Source: Octopus sinensis
Lineage: Eukaryota
Reading direction: 5' to 3'
Assembly: GCF_006345805.1 (NCBI RefSeq)
Contig: NC_043018.1
Span: 15,934,001-15,998,000, forward strand
Length of the DNA: 64,000 nt
Every line of letters starts with the position of its first letter. Position 1 is the first letter of the stretch. The notes beneath the pieces are model-generated. The model searched no databases, was not told the DNA's origin, and worked only from the letters and a program-made list of their open reading frames with translations. Positions 10,887 to 22,558 of the stretch are shown here, one piece after another. Made by a program: the position numbers and the translations under genes.

Positions 10887-11468
10887 TGGAAGCACTCCGT
10901 CGGTAACGACGATGAGGGTTCTGGTTGATCCGCTCAACGGAACAGCCTGCTCGTGAAATTAACGTGTAAGTGGCTGAGCACTCCACAGACACGTGTACCC
11001 TTAACGTAGTTCTCGGGGATATTCAGCGTGACACAGAAAGTGACAAGGCCGGCCCTTTGAAATAGAGGTACATCAGAAACAGGAAGAAAGAGTGAGAGAA
11101 AGTTGTGGTGAAAGAGTACAGCAGGGATCACCACTATCCCCTGCCGGAGCCTCGTGGAGGTTTAGGTGTTTTCGCTCAATAAACACTCACAACGCCCGGT
11201 CTGGGAATCGAAACCACGATCCTATGACCGCAAGTCCACTGCCCTAACCACTGGGCCATTGCAGCTCCACAGGAAACAGATATAGCAACATACAGATTGA
11301 ATTAGACTGAATGGGGTTATAAGCAATAAGTTGGGATGGGGGACAGAGGGATAGACAGAGAGATTTTGAGTAAAAAAAGAGAGACAGATAGGTAGACAGC
11401 TAGGTAATAAAATGACATCCTATGACCGCGAGTCCGCTGCCCTAACCACTGGGCCATTGCGCCTCCAC
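10887..11468 (-). mobile_element. SINE family D copy with a duplicated head and captured flank
   Basis: tRNA-like head GTGGAGGCGCAATGGCCCAGTGGTTAGGGCAGCGGACTCGCGG. Flanked by an AGATTTTTT(T)ATTT direct repeat. Contains 149 bp shared with 19182-19330. Confidence 0.85.
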
Positions 11469-11545
11469 ATAGATTTTTTTTATTTACACAACAGACAAAA
11501 AAAGAACACAAACGAATATGCTTGGTTAAGATTTCATCAATTTAC

Positions 11546-11665
11546 CTGAACATGTGGTAGGAGTTCGTCAGCTACACTTTGAAATATCTCCTCCACCTCC
11601 TCCTTAGTGATACTGTTCAGGAAACTCATATCAGGTCCTGCAAGAATTTCTTCTTCAACCAGTAA
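11546..11665 (-). CDS. CABCOCO1: CABCOCO1-like exon 7: LLVEEEILAGPDMSFLNSITKEEVEEIFQSVADELLPHVQ
   Basis: ccaacag acceptor, CAG|gtaaat donor, 120 nt, phase 0/0. Confidence 0.82.
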
Positions 11666-11866
11666 CTGTTGGCCAAGAATAAATACATGAACACATAATA
11701 TCACATTTACATATATATATCTATATTTATTTATATAAATATAAGGATAGGTAGATAGATAGATTTTTCTATTTTGGATATATTTGGGGTACTTAGGTCA
11801 CTTCAGGACTTGGTGTTTGCTTTTTTCCATGGGTATGAGTAAGTATTTCACTTATATCTCGCGTAT

Positions 11867-11927
11867 TTGCCGCTGAAGAGGGGAAAATTTCTTATTAATT
11901 AACCCCGAAATTGGACCAATACGGTAA
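11867..11927 (+). ncRNA. Type I hammerhead ribozyme motif, intact core
   Basis: TTGCCG-CTGAAGA-GGGG(19 nt)CCCC-GAAA-TTGGACCAA-TA-CGGTAA. All core nucleotides and three stems are present. Confidence 0.72.
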
Positions 11928-12139
11928 TAACAAATTTTTTAGAAATATCTATCGGTTTGTTTCGAGACGCATAAATTATAATGGTTATTGAAAAGTTTTG
12001 GCTTTTATTTCGGCATATTTGGCATTAGAATTTTTCTTTTGCCCTTATCTTGTAAATTATTTATAAATTTAACCTTTAAAGGTATTTTTTGATATGCTGG
12101 CCATTGATAAAATTTTTTTCCCGAAAAAATTTTTATCCT

Positions 12140-12176
12140 ATATTAGTTATATATACATATATACATATATATATAG

Positions 12177-12225
<49 letters not shown>

Positions 12226-12418
12226 ATATATTATATATATATAATATAGTAATATAACTAATATATTAGTTATATGTACATATATACATATATATATATA
12301 TATTATATATATATATATATATAATATATATATGTATATATATATATATATGTAATATGTATATATAACTAATATAGGATAAAAATTTTATATATATATA
12401 TGTATAGGTATATGTGTA

Positions 12419-12456
<38 letters not shown>

Positions 12457-12460
12457 AAAA
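12140..12460. repeat. (TA)n and (GAAA)n microsatellites
   Basis: Direct inspection. Confidence 0.95.
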
Positions 12461-12649
12461 TGAATGAAAATGCCAATAGAAAGTGCCAAAAGAAAGAAAA
12501 TAATTTTAAAGAAAAAAGAAGGAAGGAAGGAGAAGTTTTGAAAGAAAGGAGAAAAGGAAAGAAAGTTTTGTTCCAAAGTACAACCCCAGCCCCAAACCCC
12601 ACCAAAGAGTTCTGGCCAGTTCCTTAAAAGAAGAAAAATGTCCTCTTAC

Positions 12650-12781
12650 CTCTCCTCTGTCTGTCTCCAGTTCTGTTTCTGGGGGAAGATTAATGTAGTT
12701 TGTATAAGAATCTTCCAAAACCCCTTCAATTAATGGCGGTGCAAAACATGGACCAAGGCCAATTACTGGTACAATTTTTAA
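12650..12781 (-). CDS. CABCOCO1: CABCOCO1-like exon 6: LKIVPVIGLGPCFAPPLIEGVLEDSYTNYINLPPETELETDRGE
   Basis: ttttacag acceptor, GAG|gtaaga donor, 132 nt. The PPLIEG motif resembles the PFPNPLEEG segment of vertebrate CABCOCO1. Confidence 0.86.
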
Positions 12782-13083
12782 CTGTAAAATAGTTTGGGAG
12801 CAGAAACAGAAATCAAAATGGTGAAAATCTTGCAAAATCAATCAAGTGTCTTCAATGTTTGCATAAATCTTTAACTAGGCACAGGCATGGCTGTGAAGGA
12901 AGAAGCCCGCTTCCTAACCACATGGTTCCAGGTTCAGTCCCACTGCATGGCACCTTGGACAAGTGTCTTCTACTATTGACTTGAACCAACCAAAGCCTTG
13001 TGAGCGGATTTGGTAGACGGAAACTGAAAGAAGCCTGTTATATACATACATGTGTGTGTCTGAGTGTGTGTGTGTGTGTGTCT

Positions 13084-13116
<33 letters not shown>

Positions 13117-13337
13117 TGACTCACCCACCATTGACAACCAATGTTGGTGTGCTTGCATCCCTGTAACTTAGCAGTTTGGCAAAAGGGACTAACTCTTACT
13201 GTACGAGGCTTACAAAGAATAAGTCCCGGGATCGATTTCTTTGACCAAAAAGAAAACCTTTACGGCAGTGCTCCAGCATGACCATAGTCAAACATGACTG
13301 AAACAAATCAAAGAATTAAAGAATAAAAGAAAAGTCC

Positions 13338-13377
<40 letters not shown>

Positions 13378-13650
13378 ACACACAAAACACATTTATTTAT
13401 TTATTTATTTATTCTGTTATTGCAATCTGTGGAGTAAAGTGTGTTTTCGGTCAGAGGTTACCACGGGGACAGTCACTTGTTCATTGAATTTCTGACAGTC
13501 ATATAAATGCATTGGAGTGTTAAACTCGATGCAGAACTAACATCTCAAGGGAGTCCATTTACAGAGTGTTTTTCGTTTTTTTTTTTTGTTTTGTTTTGTT
13601 TAGTTTTCTCAATGAAGTTCATATTACTATGCAATTTACATCAGTGAAAG

Positions 13651-13699
<49 letters not shown>

Positions 13700-13844
13700 A
13701 TTTAGAGACAAACCGCTATCTAGTTATTCCATCAATAGTGAAAAGATATTATCTATAATAACCACATAGATATTAATTAAGTATCTTATAATTATTATTC
13801 AAAAAATCTCATAACAAATCAAACATTAAACTGACTACCCAATT

Positions 13845-13901
<57 letters not shown>

Positions 13902-14180
13902 TTGTTAAGGTGATCTTTACAAATTTTCTTTAGAGATTATAGAAATTATGTTTTTAATACAGCAAGTGCTTAAGAGATGTCATCTCAGGACAGATACTAT
14001 AGTAATTGGCCTATTGCCAGTATATATATAAATTAATTGTGATTATGCAAATGGTTATTTATGTGTAGAGGTAACCTTAACAAGTGATGTAAAAGCACTG
14101 CTAACACAGCAGTAGGCAATATTGATGAATGCCTCCAATAATTTAAGCAACTGATCTGGTAAAAATTCCCAAACACTTAC

Positions 14181-14253
14181 ATCTGTGCCGATGATTTGTT
14201 CAGCCTGCATGTGAGTATATATATACTCATAAAGGCAATAATGCTGGAATAAA
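14181..14253 (-). CDS. CABCOCO1: CABCOCO1-like exon 5: (T)LFQHYCLYEYIYTHMQAEQIIGTD
   Basis: ttttgcag acceptor, gtaagt donor, 73 nt. LFQHYxLYE is the CLAMP-domain signature. Confidence 0.9.
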
Positions 14254-16068
14254 CTGCAAAATAAATAAATAAAACGACAAAAGAGATATTACGAAAAATG
14301 TTAATCATTTGATATTTTGTTAATTAAATATCATTTTGCTTGCTTAAACTAGTTAAATGAATCTCATGGTTTTTCATAACTCAATACTTTTTGGTATCGA
14401 AATCGAAATCAACCAGCCAGGACCCCTGGACTAGTGGTACATAGAAAGCACTATCCGACTCGTGGCCGATGCCAGCGCCGCCTCGACTGGCTTCCGTGCC
14501 GGTGGCACGTAAAATGCACCAATCCGACCATGGCCGTTGCCAGCCTCGCCTGGCACCTGTGCAGGTGGCACGTAAAAAGCACCCACTACACTCACGGAGT
14601 GGTTGGCGTTAGGAAGGGCATCCAGCTGTAGAAACATTGCCAGATAAGACTGGAGCCTGGTGCAGCCTTCTGGCTTCCCAGATCCCCGGTCGAACCGTCC
14701 AACCCATGCTAGCATGGAGAACGGACGTTAAATGATGATGATGATGATGATGAACTGAAGCAGTATTTCATTCAAATAGCAATCTATATGTCACAATTAA
14801 CATATATACATTGTCGATAGGTCAGTTATTCTGAGATAGCATCTCTTAAGGGCGTTCTGTGTTAAAAACATCATAGATCAGAAAGAGACGAGATGTTATC
14901 TCAGAACAAATACAGAGGTAACTGGTCAATCAAGAGTGTGTATGCATTAAGTCTGATATACAGATGGCTGTTTTAGTCTTTTTGTTTAGTCTCCAGCAGA
15001 TGACACCACAAGACAAATAAAGCATTACACTGTCACATGATAACATTAAATGTATCATAAAATACTTTGGACTCAGCTCAGGGCAAAACTGCACTTTATA
15101 TATATGGATTCATAACTACAAACCATGGATCCTTTATGCAGTCATTCAGTCTGCTAGAAATAGCAGCCAGATATCATACAAATCACACTCCAGCTCTCTA
15201 AGAAAAGGAAGCCTACATAGGACAACATTAAATCAAGGCATTCATATAGAATTTGTTTGATGGGGATACCTGAAATGCTTATCCGTCTTCATCTCTACCA
15301 CACTTCTTGACCTTTGGCCCTTGTTATCATTACTATTAATACCAACCTACAACACTTAGTAAGAAATGTGGTCCTTATTAAACTCAAGCCCCAATCATCC
15401 CAGTATAGAATCATATATTGGTGTCTCCCATTTAAGTAATTCATTGGGATTCATAATCTTGACAGAATCCACCTTCTCTCCAAGAGATTGGTGCCATCAG
15501 TCTTAAAACATCATTCATCTCTCTTTACTCTTTTACTCTTTTACTTGTTTCAGTCATTTGACTGTGGCCATGCTGGAGCACCGCCTTTAGTCGAGCAAAT
15601 CGACCCCGGGACTTATTCTTTGTAAGCCCAGTACTTATTCTATCGGTCTCTTTTGCCGAACCGCTAAGTGACGGGGACGTAAACACACCAGCATCGGTTG
15701 TCAAGCAATGCTATGGGGACAAACACAGACACACAAATATATATATATATACATATATACGACAGGCTTCTTTCAGTTTCCGTCTACCAAATCCACTCAC
15801 AAGGCATTGGTCGGCCCGGGGCTATAGCAGAAGACACTTGCCCAAGATGCCACGCAGTGGGACTGAACCCGGAACCATGTTATACAAACCATCTATAACA
15901 GGTTTTAGTTTTTTCATCCACATTCTTGTCAATTCAGGCCCAGTAAAAGGTGAGTTAAGTTGTTGACCCCACAACCATTGAGCTGGTAGTGTTATATTGC
16001 ATGTAACAGGTTCCCGTAGTCTGTGAGTATATGTGAATCACTTGGGTTGCGATTCAAATGCCACTTAC

Positions 16069-16216
16069 GTTACTTGAAAATATTCAATGATCTTTTTTGC
16101 AGCATTCAGGTTAAAGAACAGCATCCCTCCACAATCGGTTATTATATCAGAAACTGCAATGCCAGCCAAAGATTTCCGCAGTTCCTGTAAATTGTTTCCA
16201 ATTGAGAGATGTTTGT
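16069..16216 (-). CDS. CABCOCO1: CABCOCO1-like exon 4: (D)KHLSIGNNLQELRKSLAGIAVSDIITDCGGMLFFNLNAAKKIIEYFQV
   Basis: ctttcag acceptor, gtaagt donor, 148 nt, phase 1/2 compatible with neighbouring exons. Confidence 0.88.
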
Positions 16217-17733
16217 CTGAAAGACAGCAGAAACAGAATTGTCTGACAAGAAAAACAGAACAGATTACAGAAAAGACCATAAATTAGAATAATTACTTCA
16301 TAGCATTAACTTGAGAATAATTACAACATTGTGTTCAACTGAGGTTGTTGAGTCCACATAAAATTAATGTTACATGAAAACCTGTAAAGTCAGAGTAAAA
16401 AATATATTTTAACATTAAAAATATACCCTAAACCCATTGTTGACAAGTTCAATATAAACCTGCTCAAAAAAAGTCCCTGGTTTTAGCTATAGAAATAACC
16501 CAAGGCCTCCCTTGAGCCTAATTTACTAACTGACCTAAGATAGACCATATCCTATCTTACCAATTCATCAAAGACCACCTATTTTGCCAAACCAACCTGC
16601 CCAAAGACCACTGAGTTCATATCTTACCAACTGACCCAATACTGCTTCTTATCTCTTTAGCATTCGGATTATTTATTCAAATGTAATACTTGTTGATTCA
16701 CACAATTTTGAATTAATCATGCATCATTTCATGGCTTCAAGATGTCAATGATGAGCATGGAGGCAATGACAATTGACCAAGGCCAAGGGAAATTGTAGTT
16801 GTGTCATGTAACTGGCACCTGTGCCAGTGGAACATAAAAGCACTCATGCTTAGTACCCACAACACTCTTGGAGTGGTTGGCATTAAGAAGGGCATCCATC
16901 TGCAGAAACCGGACCAAATAAGACTGGAACTTGATGCAGCTCTCCGGTTTACAAGTTTCAGTCAAACTGTCTAAACCATGCCAGCATGGAAAGCAGACAT
17001 CAAATGATGATGATGATGAATATTATAGGATAGATGTGAGAGGCCACATCTAACCAGATTGTACATAAAAGAGGCAGAATAAATGGGCCGGATATGGCCA
17101 GTTTAAATGTAAAAGGGTTAACCCCACCTTACCAACTCAACCAAGATTTCCTCTGATATTACATTACCAGCCTAACCTATGCTACCTTAATCCTACCATA
17201 CCAGCCTAACTATTAATACCTCCTGATCCTATCTTACTAACCCATCCAGACCATCCCTGCTCTTACTAATAACTACCAGTGTTATCCAAGGGAAAGGCAA
17301 AGGGGCCGATACAGCTTGGCACCTGTGGCGTCACAACTCATTTCTACAGCTGAGTGAACTGGAGCAACGTGAAATAAAGTGTCTTGCTCAAGAACACAAC
17401 ACGCAGCCCGGTCCGTGATTCGAGCTCACAACCTCATGAAAGAAACACAGAGCATCTCAACAGAAATACGGATGCCTCGTCTGGCACATAAAAAGCACCC
17501 ACTACACTCAAGGAGTTGTTGGCGTTAGGAAGGACATCCAGCTGTAGAAACACTGCCAGATCAGACTGGGCCTGGTGCAGCCTTCGGGCTTCCCAGACCC
17601 CAGTTGAACTGTCCAACCTATGCCAGCATGGAAAGCGGACGTTAAATGATGATGATGATGAAGGGTTTTTTACATGCTTACAACGCCCATCCCAAGGGGA
17701 GAAAAAGGAAGAATTTAAAGAAAAGGGACAAAC

Positions 17734-17903
17734 CTTTGACGTTGCATAAGAGATCATAGAGTAAAGAAAAGAAACCAGAAAACTGCTCGTTGCTGTAGGA
17801 TTGGTTGTGGGCCCAGTAAATACCTGCCACAAAATAATCTAACATTACTGCTTCCTTCAGGTCCACAGATGGTTGAGTCAGCTTCAGGAATGAAATCATC
17901 TTC
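17734..17903 (-). CDS. CABCOCO1: CABCOCO1-like exon 3: KMISFLKLTQPSVDLKEAVMLDYFVAGIYWAHNQSYSNEQFSGFFSLLYDLLCNVK
   Basis: tttgcaag acceptor, G|gtttgt donor, 170 nt. LKEAVxLDY..G..WA resembles CABCOCO1 LKDAILLDYYVSGFLWA. Confidence 0.9.
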
Positions 17904-18094
17904 CTTGCAAAAACAAACAAAGGAAAAGATTGGATTTGTTTACAGTTTGCTTTTTTTTTTGTTTCGTTTATCATTTAAAAAATTTTTTTGACATTTTATT
18001 CAAAATTCAGTGTAATAATATTGGGGACTGTTGTTGTTGTTGTTGTTATTGTTGTTTACCTACAGGGCAGCCCTAATCAAGCAGACCTGAATGC

Positions 18095-18686
18095 CATGCA
18101 AAAGCATCCGTGCAGCAACATGCAAAAGTGCTCTCGTGTGGCATCACATAAAAGTGCCCATGTGGTGCCATGTAAAAACGCTCATGCAGTGCTACATAAA
18201 AGCACTCATGAAGTATCACATAAAAGCACCCATGTAGCCACATGTGAAAGTGCCCGTGTGGTGACACATAAAAGCATCCATGTGGTGCCATGCAAAAGCA
18301 CTCATGAGGTATCACATAAAAGTACCCATGTAGCCACATGTGAAAGTGCCTGTGTGGTGACACATAAAAGCATCCATGTGGTGCCATGCAAAAGCACTCA
18401 TGAGGTATCACATAAAAGCACCCATGTAGCCACATGTGAAAGTGCCTGTGTGGTGACACATAAGAGCACCCATGTGGTGTCATGCAAAAGCACCTGTGCA
18501 GTGTAAGACCACCCAAGACACTCTGTAAAGTGGTTGGCATGTTAGGAAGGGCATCCAACTGTAGGAACCATGCCAAATCAGACTGGAGTCTTGTGCAGCT
18601 CCCCCCAGCTTACCAGCTCTGGTCAAACCTTCCAACCCATGCCAGCATGGACAACAGATATTAAATGATGCTGATGATGATGATGA
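18095..18686 (+). repeat. Family C copy whose 5' part is a 24-bp minisatellite with 96-bp higher-order repeat
   Basis: AAAAGCACCCATGTAGCCACATGT-type units in groups of four, then the family C core and (GAT)n tail. Confidence 0.8.
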
Positions 18687-18796
18687 TATATTTGTTGTGC
18701 AAGATTTTTTATGTGAAGTCGTGTGTTGAAACAGATATTGTTATATTTCGGAATGGTCATTTTGCCAGTTTAGCCAATAAAAACACGCGCACTATA

Positions 18797-19181
18797 TGGA
18801 AGCACTCCATCGGTTACGACGACGAGGGTTCCGGTTGATCTGATCAACGGAACAGCCTGCTCGTGAAATTAACGTGTAAGTGGCTGAGCACTCCACAGAC
18901 ACGTGTACCCTTAACGTAGTTTTTGGGGATATTCAACGTGACACAGAGAGTGACAAGGCCGGCCCTTTGAAATACAGGTACAACAGAAACAGGAAGTAAG
19001 AGTGAGAGAAAGTTGTGGTGAAAGAGTACAGCAGGGATCACCACCATCCCCTGCCGGAGCCTCATGGAGCTTTTAGGTGTTTTCGCTCAATAAACACTCA
19101 CAACGCCCAGTCTGGGAATCGAAACCGCGATCCTACGACCGCGAGTCCACTGCCCTAACCACTGGGCCATTGCGCCTCCAC
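18797..19181 (-). mobile_element. SINE family D, full length
   Basis: Near-identical to 59820-60202(+) and 10887-11270(-). Has A/B-box-like head. Confidence 0.88.
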
Positions 19182-19468
19182 AGGAAACAGATATAGCAAC
19201 ATACAGATTGAATTAGACTGAATGGGGTTATAAGCAATAAGTTGGGATTGGGGACAGAGGGACAGACAGACAGATTTTGAGTAAAATAAGAGAGACAGAT
19301 AGGTAGACAGCTAGATGATAAAATGACATCACTATCTATATACGTGTATATGAAAAAGGGAGAGAGAGAGAGAGAGAGAGAGAGAAGAAAAAAGACGGAC
19401 AGACAGACGGACAGAAAGAGAGAAGACTGAGTTTCAGGAAGGCCCCTGACTTTTAGAAACTGACTTAC

Positions 19469-19566
19469 TTTTCTACTTCAGATAAGGAAGCCTTCAGCAG
19501 CTGCTGTGTCATTTCGTAGTTAAGGTATCTGTAAGCCTGCCAGGTTTTAGCAATTTGTACTTCGCT
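19469..19566 (-). CDS. CABCOCO1: CABCOCO1-like exon 2: SEVQIAKTWQAYRYLNYEMTQQLLKASLSEVE(K)
   Basis: Long polypyrimidine tract then gcaaag acceptor, AA|gtaagt donor, 98 nt, phase 0/2. Confidence 0.8.
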
Positions 19567-19674
19567 CTTTGCAGAAGAAGAAGCAGAACAGAAAGGAAAA
19601 GAAATAATCAATGAGAAAATACTTCACAAAGTTTTGCCATTAAAGCCTGCAACGACGTAAAGATCTGGTTAGCC

Positions 19675-20017
19675 ATATACATACACACAAACACTCACAC
19701 ATACATACAAGCATGCATGCATGCATGCATACACACATACATACATACATACATACATACACACATACATACATACATATATACATACATACACACATAC
19801 ACACATACATACACACATACACAGATACATACGTACTATACATACATACATACACACATACATACATACATACATACACACATACACACATACATACATA
19901 CATAAATACACACAAACATACATACATACACACATACATACACGCATACACACATACACATAAACACATACATACGTGCATGCATGCATGCATACATACA
20001 TACATACATACATATAT
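19675..20017. repeat. (TACA)n microsatellite
   Basis: Direct inspection. Confidence 0.95.
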
Positions 20018-20599
20018 AGTGGCTGCCCCCTCGTTATCGAGTATGGCCATTGCACGAAGCTTAATCAATGTTGTTATCGTGCAATGCCGGTGCAAGAAGA
20101 TTTTTTTAAAGTGAGGAAAAGCTGTGCACTGAGTCAATCCTACTCACTAAGCAACAGCAGCCATAATCCGAAAAGAAGAACAAGTCAACATCATCAGTAA
20201 CCACTGAGCCGCAGGTTTTATGTCGGAGTTATCCCAGTTACCTGAGTTACCTTCTAGAAGGATGCCCTAACAAAGGCTGGGAGTCCTTCACTCCCAATGG
20301 TTTAACCGTGCGATCGGGTATTAAGTCCGATTATTTCTATGTCTCCGCGCATGATACATCCTTAAGACATTTATTGGATGGCCGTTGACTCTCAAGAGTT
20401 CCTCCGCCCTTTGACGGGTTTTGTTTTTCATCTCGCAGGGTGTCCAATAAATACCCTCCTCACCAAGCAAGCTTGGTGGGGTTTAGTCGCCAACGACCCA
20501 ACCATGCAACAGGCTGTACTGGGTTACTAGTAGCACTCGAAAGTGACCTGACATATCGAGCATGCCACCGCCGCAGCCGCATACATACATACATAAAAG

Positions 20600-20812
20600 A
20601 GTATGCTGAAAAGTTCCTGGCTTCTGGTCAAAGAAAATACAGGAGGTTCAGTTAATTATGATTTTACTCAACACATTCCCCTCTCAGACTCACAAACTTA
20701 TTGCAGTGGTCCTTCAGTTTTTTAAGCCCTGTAGAAAAAAATTGGAAGATTTGGCCTCCAACCAACCATTTTGTAATACTCTTAAACCAGGCACTTTTCA
20801 GCACCTCTCATG
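20600..20812. mobile_element. Mariner-type MITE (diverged copy of 37383-37597)
   Basis: TGCTGAAAAGTTCCTGG ... CCAGGCACTTTTCAGCA terminal inverted repeats. Same interior as the 37.4 kb copy. Confidence 0.7.
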
Positions 20813-21094
20813 TGTGTATAGACCTTTTTTAAAAAACATTTTTGGATCCCTAATTCCATGTCTTTTTCACTCCCATGAGATAGAGATATCCATTCCTGAA
20901 CTCTGCAAATCTCTCGCTCTCTCCCCCTCCCCATCCTCTTTTGTCCACTTCCTCTCCTTTTCTCTACTTCTCTCTCTCTCTCTCTTTGCCTACCTGCTAC
21001 TCTCTCTCTCTCTCGCCTTCATTTACCCACCTTTTCTGTTCTTCTATCCATAGTCTCTCTCTCTCATGTTCACTTTGTACCTTGAAGATATACC

Positions 21095-21695
21095 TATTTC
21101 TTTACTACCCACAAGGGGCTAAACACAGAGAGGACAAACAAGGACAGACAAACGGATTAAGTCGATTACATCGACCCCAGTGCGTAACTGGTACTTAATT
21201 TATCGACCCCGAAAGGATGAAAGGCAAAGTCGACCTCGGCGAAATTTGAACTCAGAACGTAACGGCAGATGAAATACCTATTTCTTTACTACCCACAAGG
21301 GGATAAACACAGAGAGGACAAACAAGGACAGACAAATGGATTAAGTCGATTACATCGACCCCAGTGCATAACTGGTACTTAATTTATCGACCTCAAAAGG
21401 ATGAAAGGTAAAGTCGACCTCAGCGGGATTTGAACTCAGAACGTAACAGCAGATGAAATACCTATTTCTTTACTACCCACAAGGGGCTAAACACAGAGGG
21501 AACAAACAAGGACAGACAAACGGATTAAGTCGATTACATCGACCTCAGTGCATAACTGATACTTAATTTATCGACCCCGAAAGGATGAAAGGCAAAGTCG
21601 ACCTCAGCGGGATTTGAACTCAGAACGTAACAGCAGACGAAATACCGCTAAGCATTACGCCCGGCGTATTAACGCTTCTGCCAGCTCGCCACCTT
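21095..21695 (-). mobile_element. SINE family B trimer within one TSD
   Basis: Three ~183-bp units and one head. Direct repeat TACCTTGAAG(A/G)TATACC at 21078-21094 and 21702-21718. Confidence 0.88.
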
Positions 21696-22049
21696 ATGGT
21701 ATACCTTGAAGGTATACCACCACCATCTCTCTCTCACATTCTCCCTTTTTCCCAACTGCAGAAGCTAGGTGTCCACCTCTTCAGCGACAAGTATGTCCTT
21801 CGGCCATACTATACTCTCCCCAGTCAAGAAGGGTCCTGTCTTATGAATACTCGGCAACCTCACTAGTGCTGGTGCTACAAAAAGACAAGCACTCGGTGTG
21901 CTGTACGGTGGTTGGCGTTGGGAAGGATATTCATCTGTAGGGGCCATGCCAGGGCAGGCGTTGGCAGCACTTGACACACGGCTCTGGTTCATTGGTTCCT
22001 GTTGAAGCATCCAACCTATACCAACATGGCAAATGGGACATCAAATGAG

Positions 22050-22098
22050 GAGGAGGGGACAAGAGGAGGAAGATGATGGTAAGGATGATGATGATGAA

Positions 22099-22132
<34 letters not shown>

Positions 22133-22558
22133 GGTGATGATGATGATGATAGTGATGATGATGGTGGTGGTGATGAGGAAGATGATGATAATGATGAAGA
22201 CGATGATGATGATGATGATGGTGATGAGGAGGAGGAAGATGATAATGATGAAGATGATGATGATAGTGATGATGATGAGGAAGATGATGATAATGATGAA
22301 GATGAAGAGGAGGTGGAGGATGGTGGTGATGATGATGAGGAAGATGATGATAATGAAGATAAAGATGGTGATGGTGATGAGGAAGATGATGATAATGATG
22401 AAGATGATGAAGAAGATGAAGAGGAAGCTGATGAGGATGAGGATGAGGATGAGGATGATGAAGACGAGGAAGATTATGAGGATGATGATGATGATGATGA
22501 GGAAAATGAGGAGGAGGCAGAGGAGGAAGAGGAGGAAGTGGAGGAAAAGGAGGAGGAT
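22050..22558. repeat. (GAT/GAG)n expansion at the tail of a family C copy
   Basis: Trinucleotide tract with recurring GAGGAAGATGATGATAATGA blocks, directly after a diverged family C core. Confidence 0.9.
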
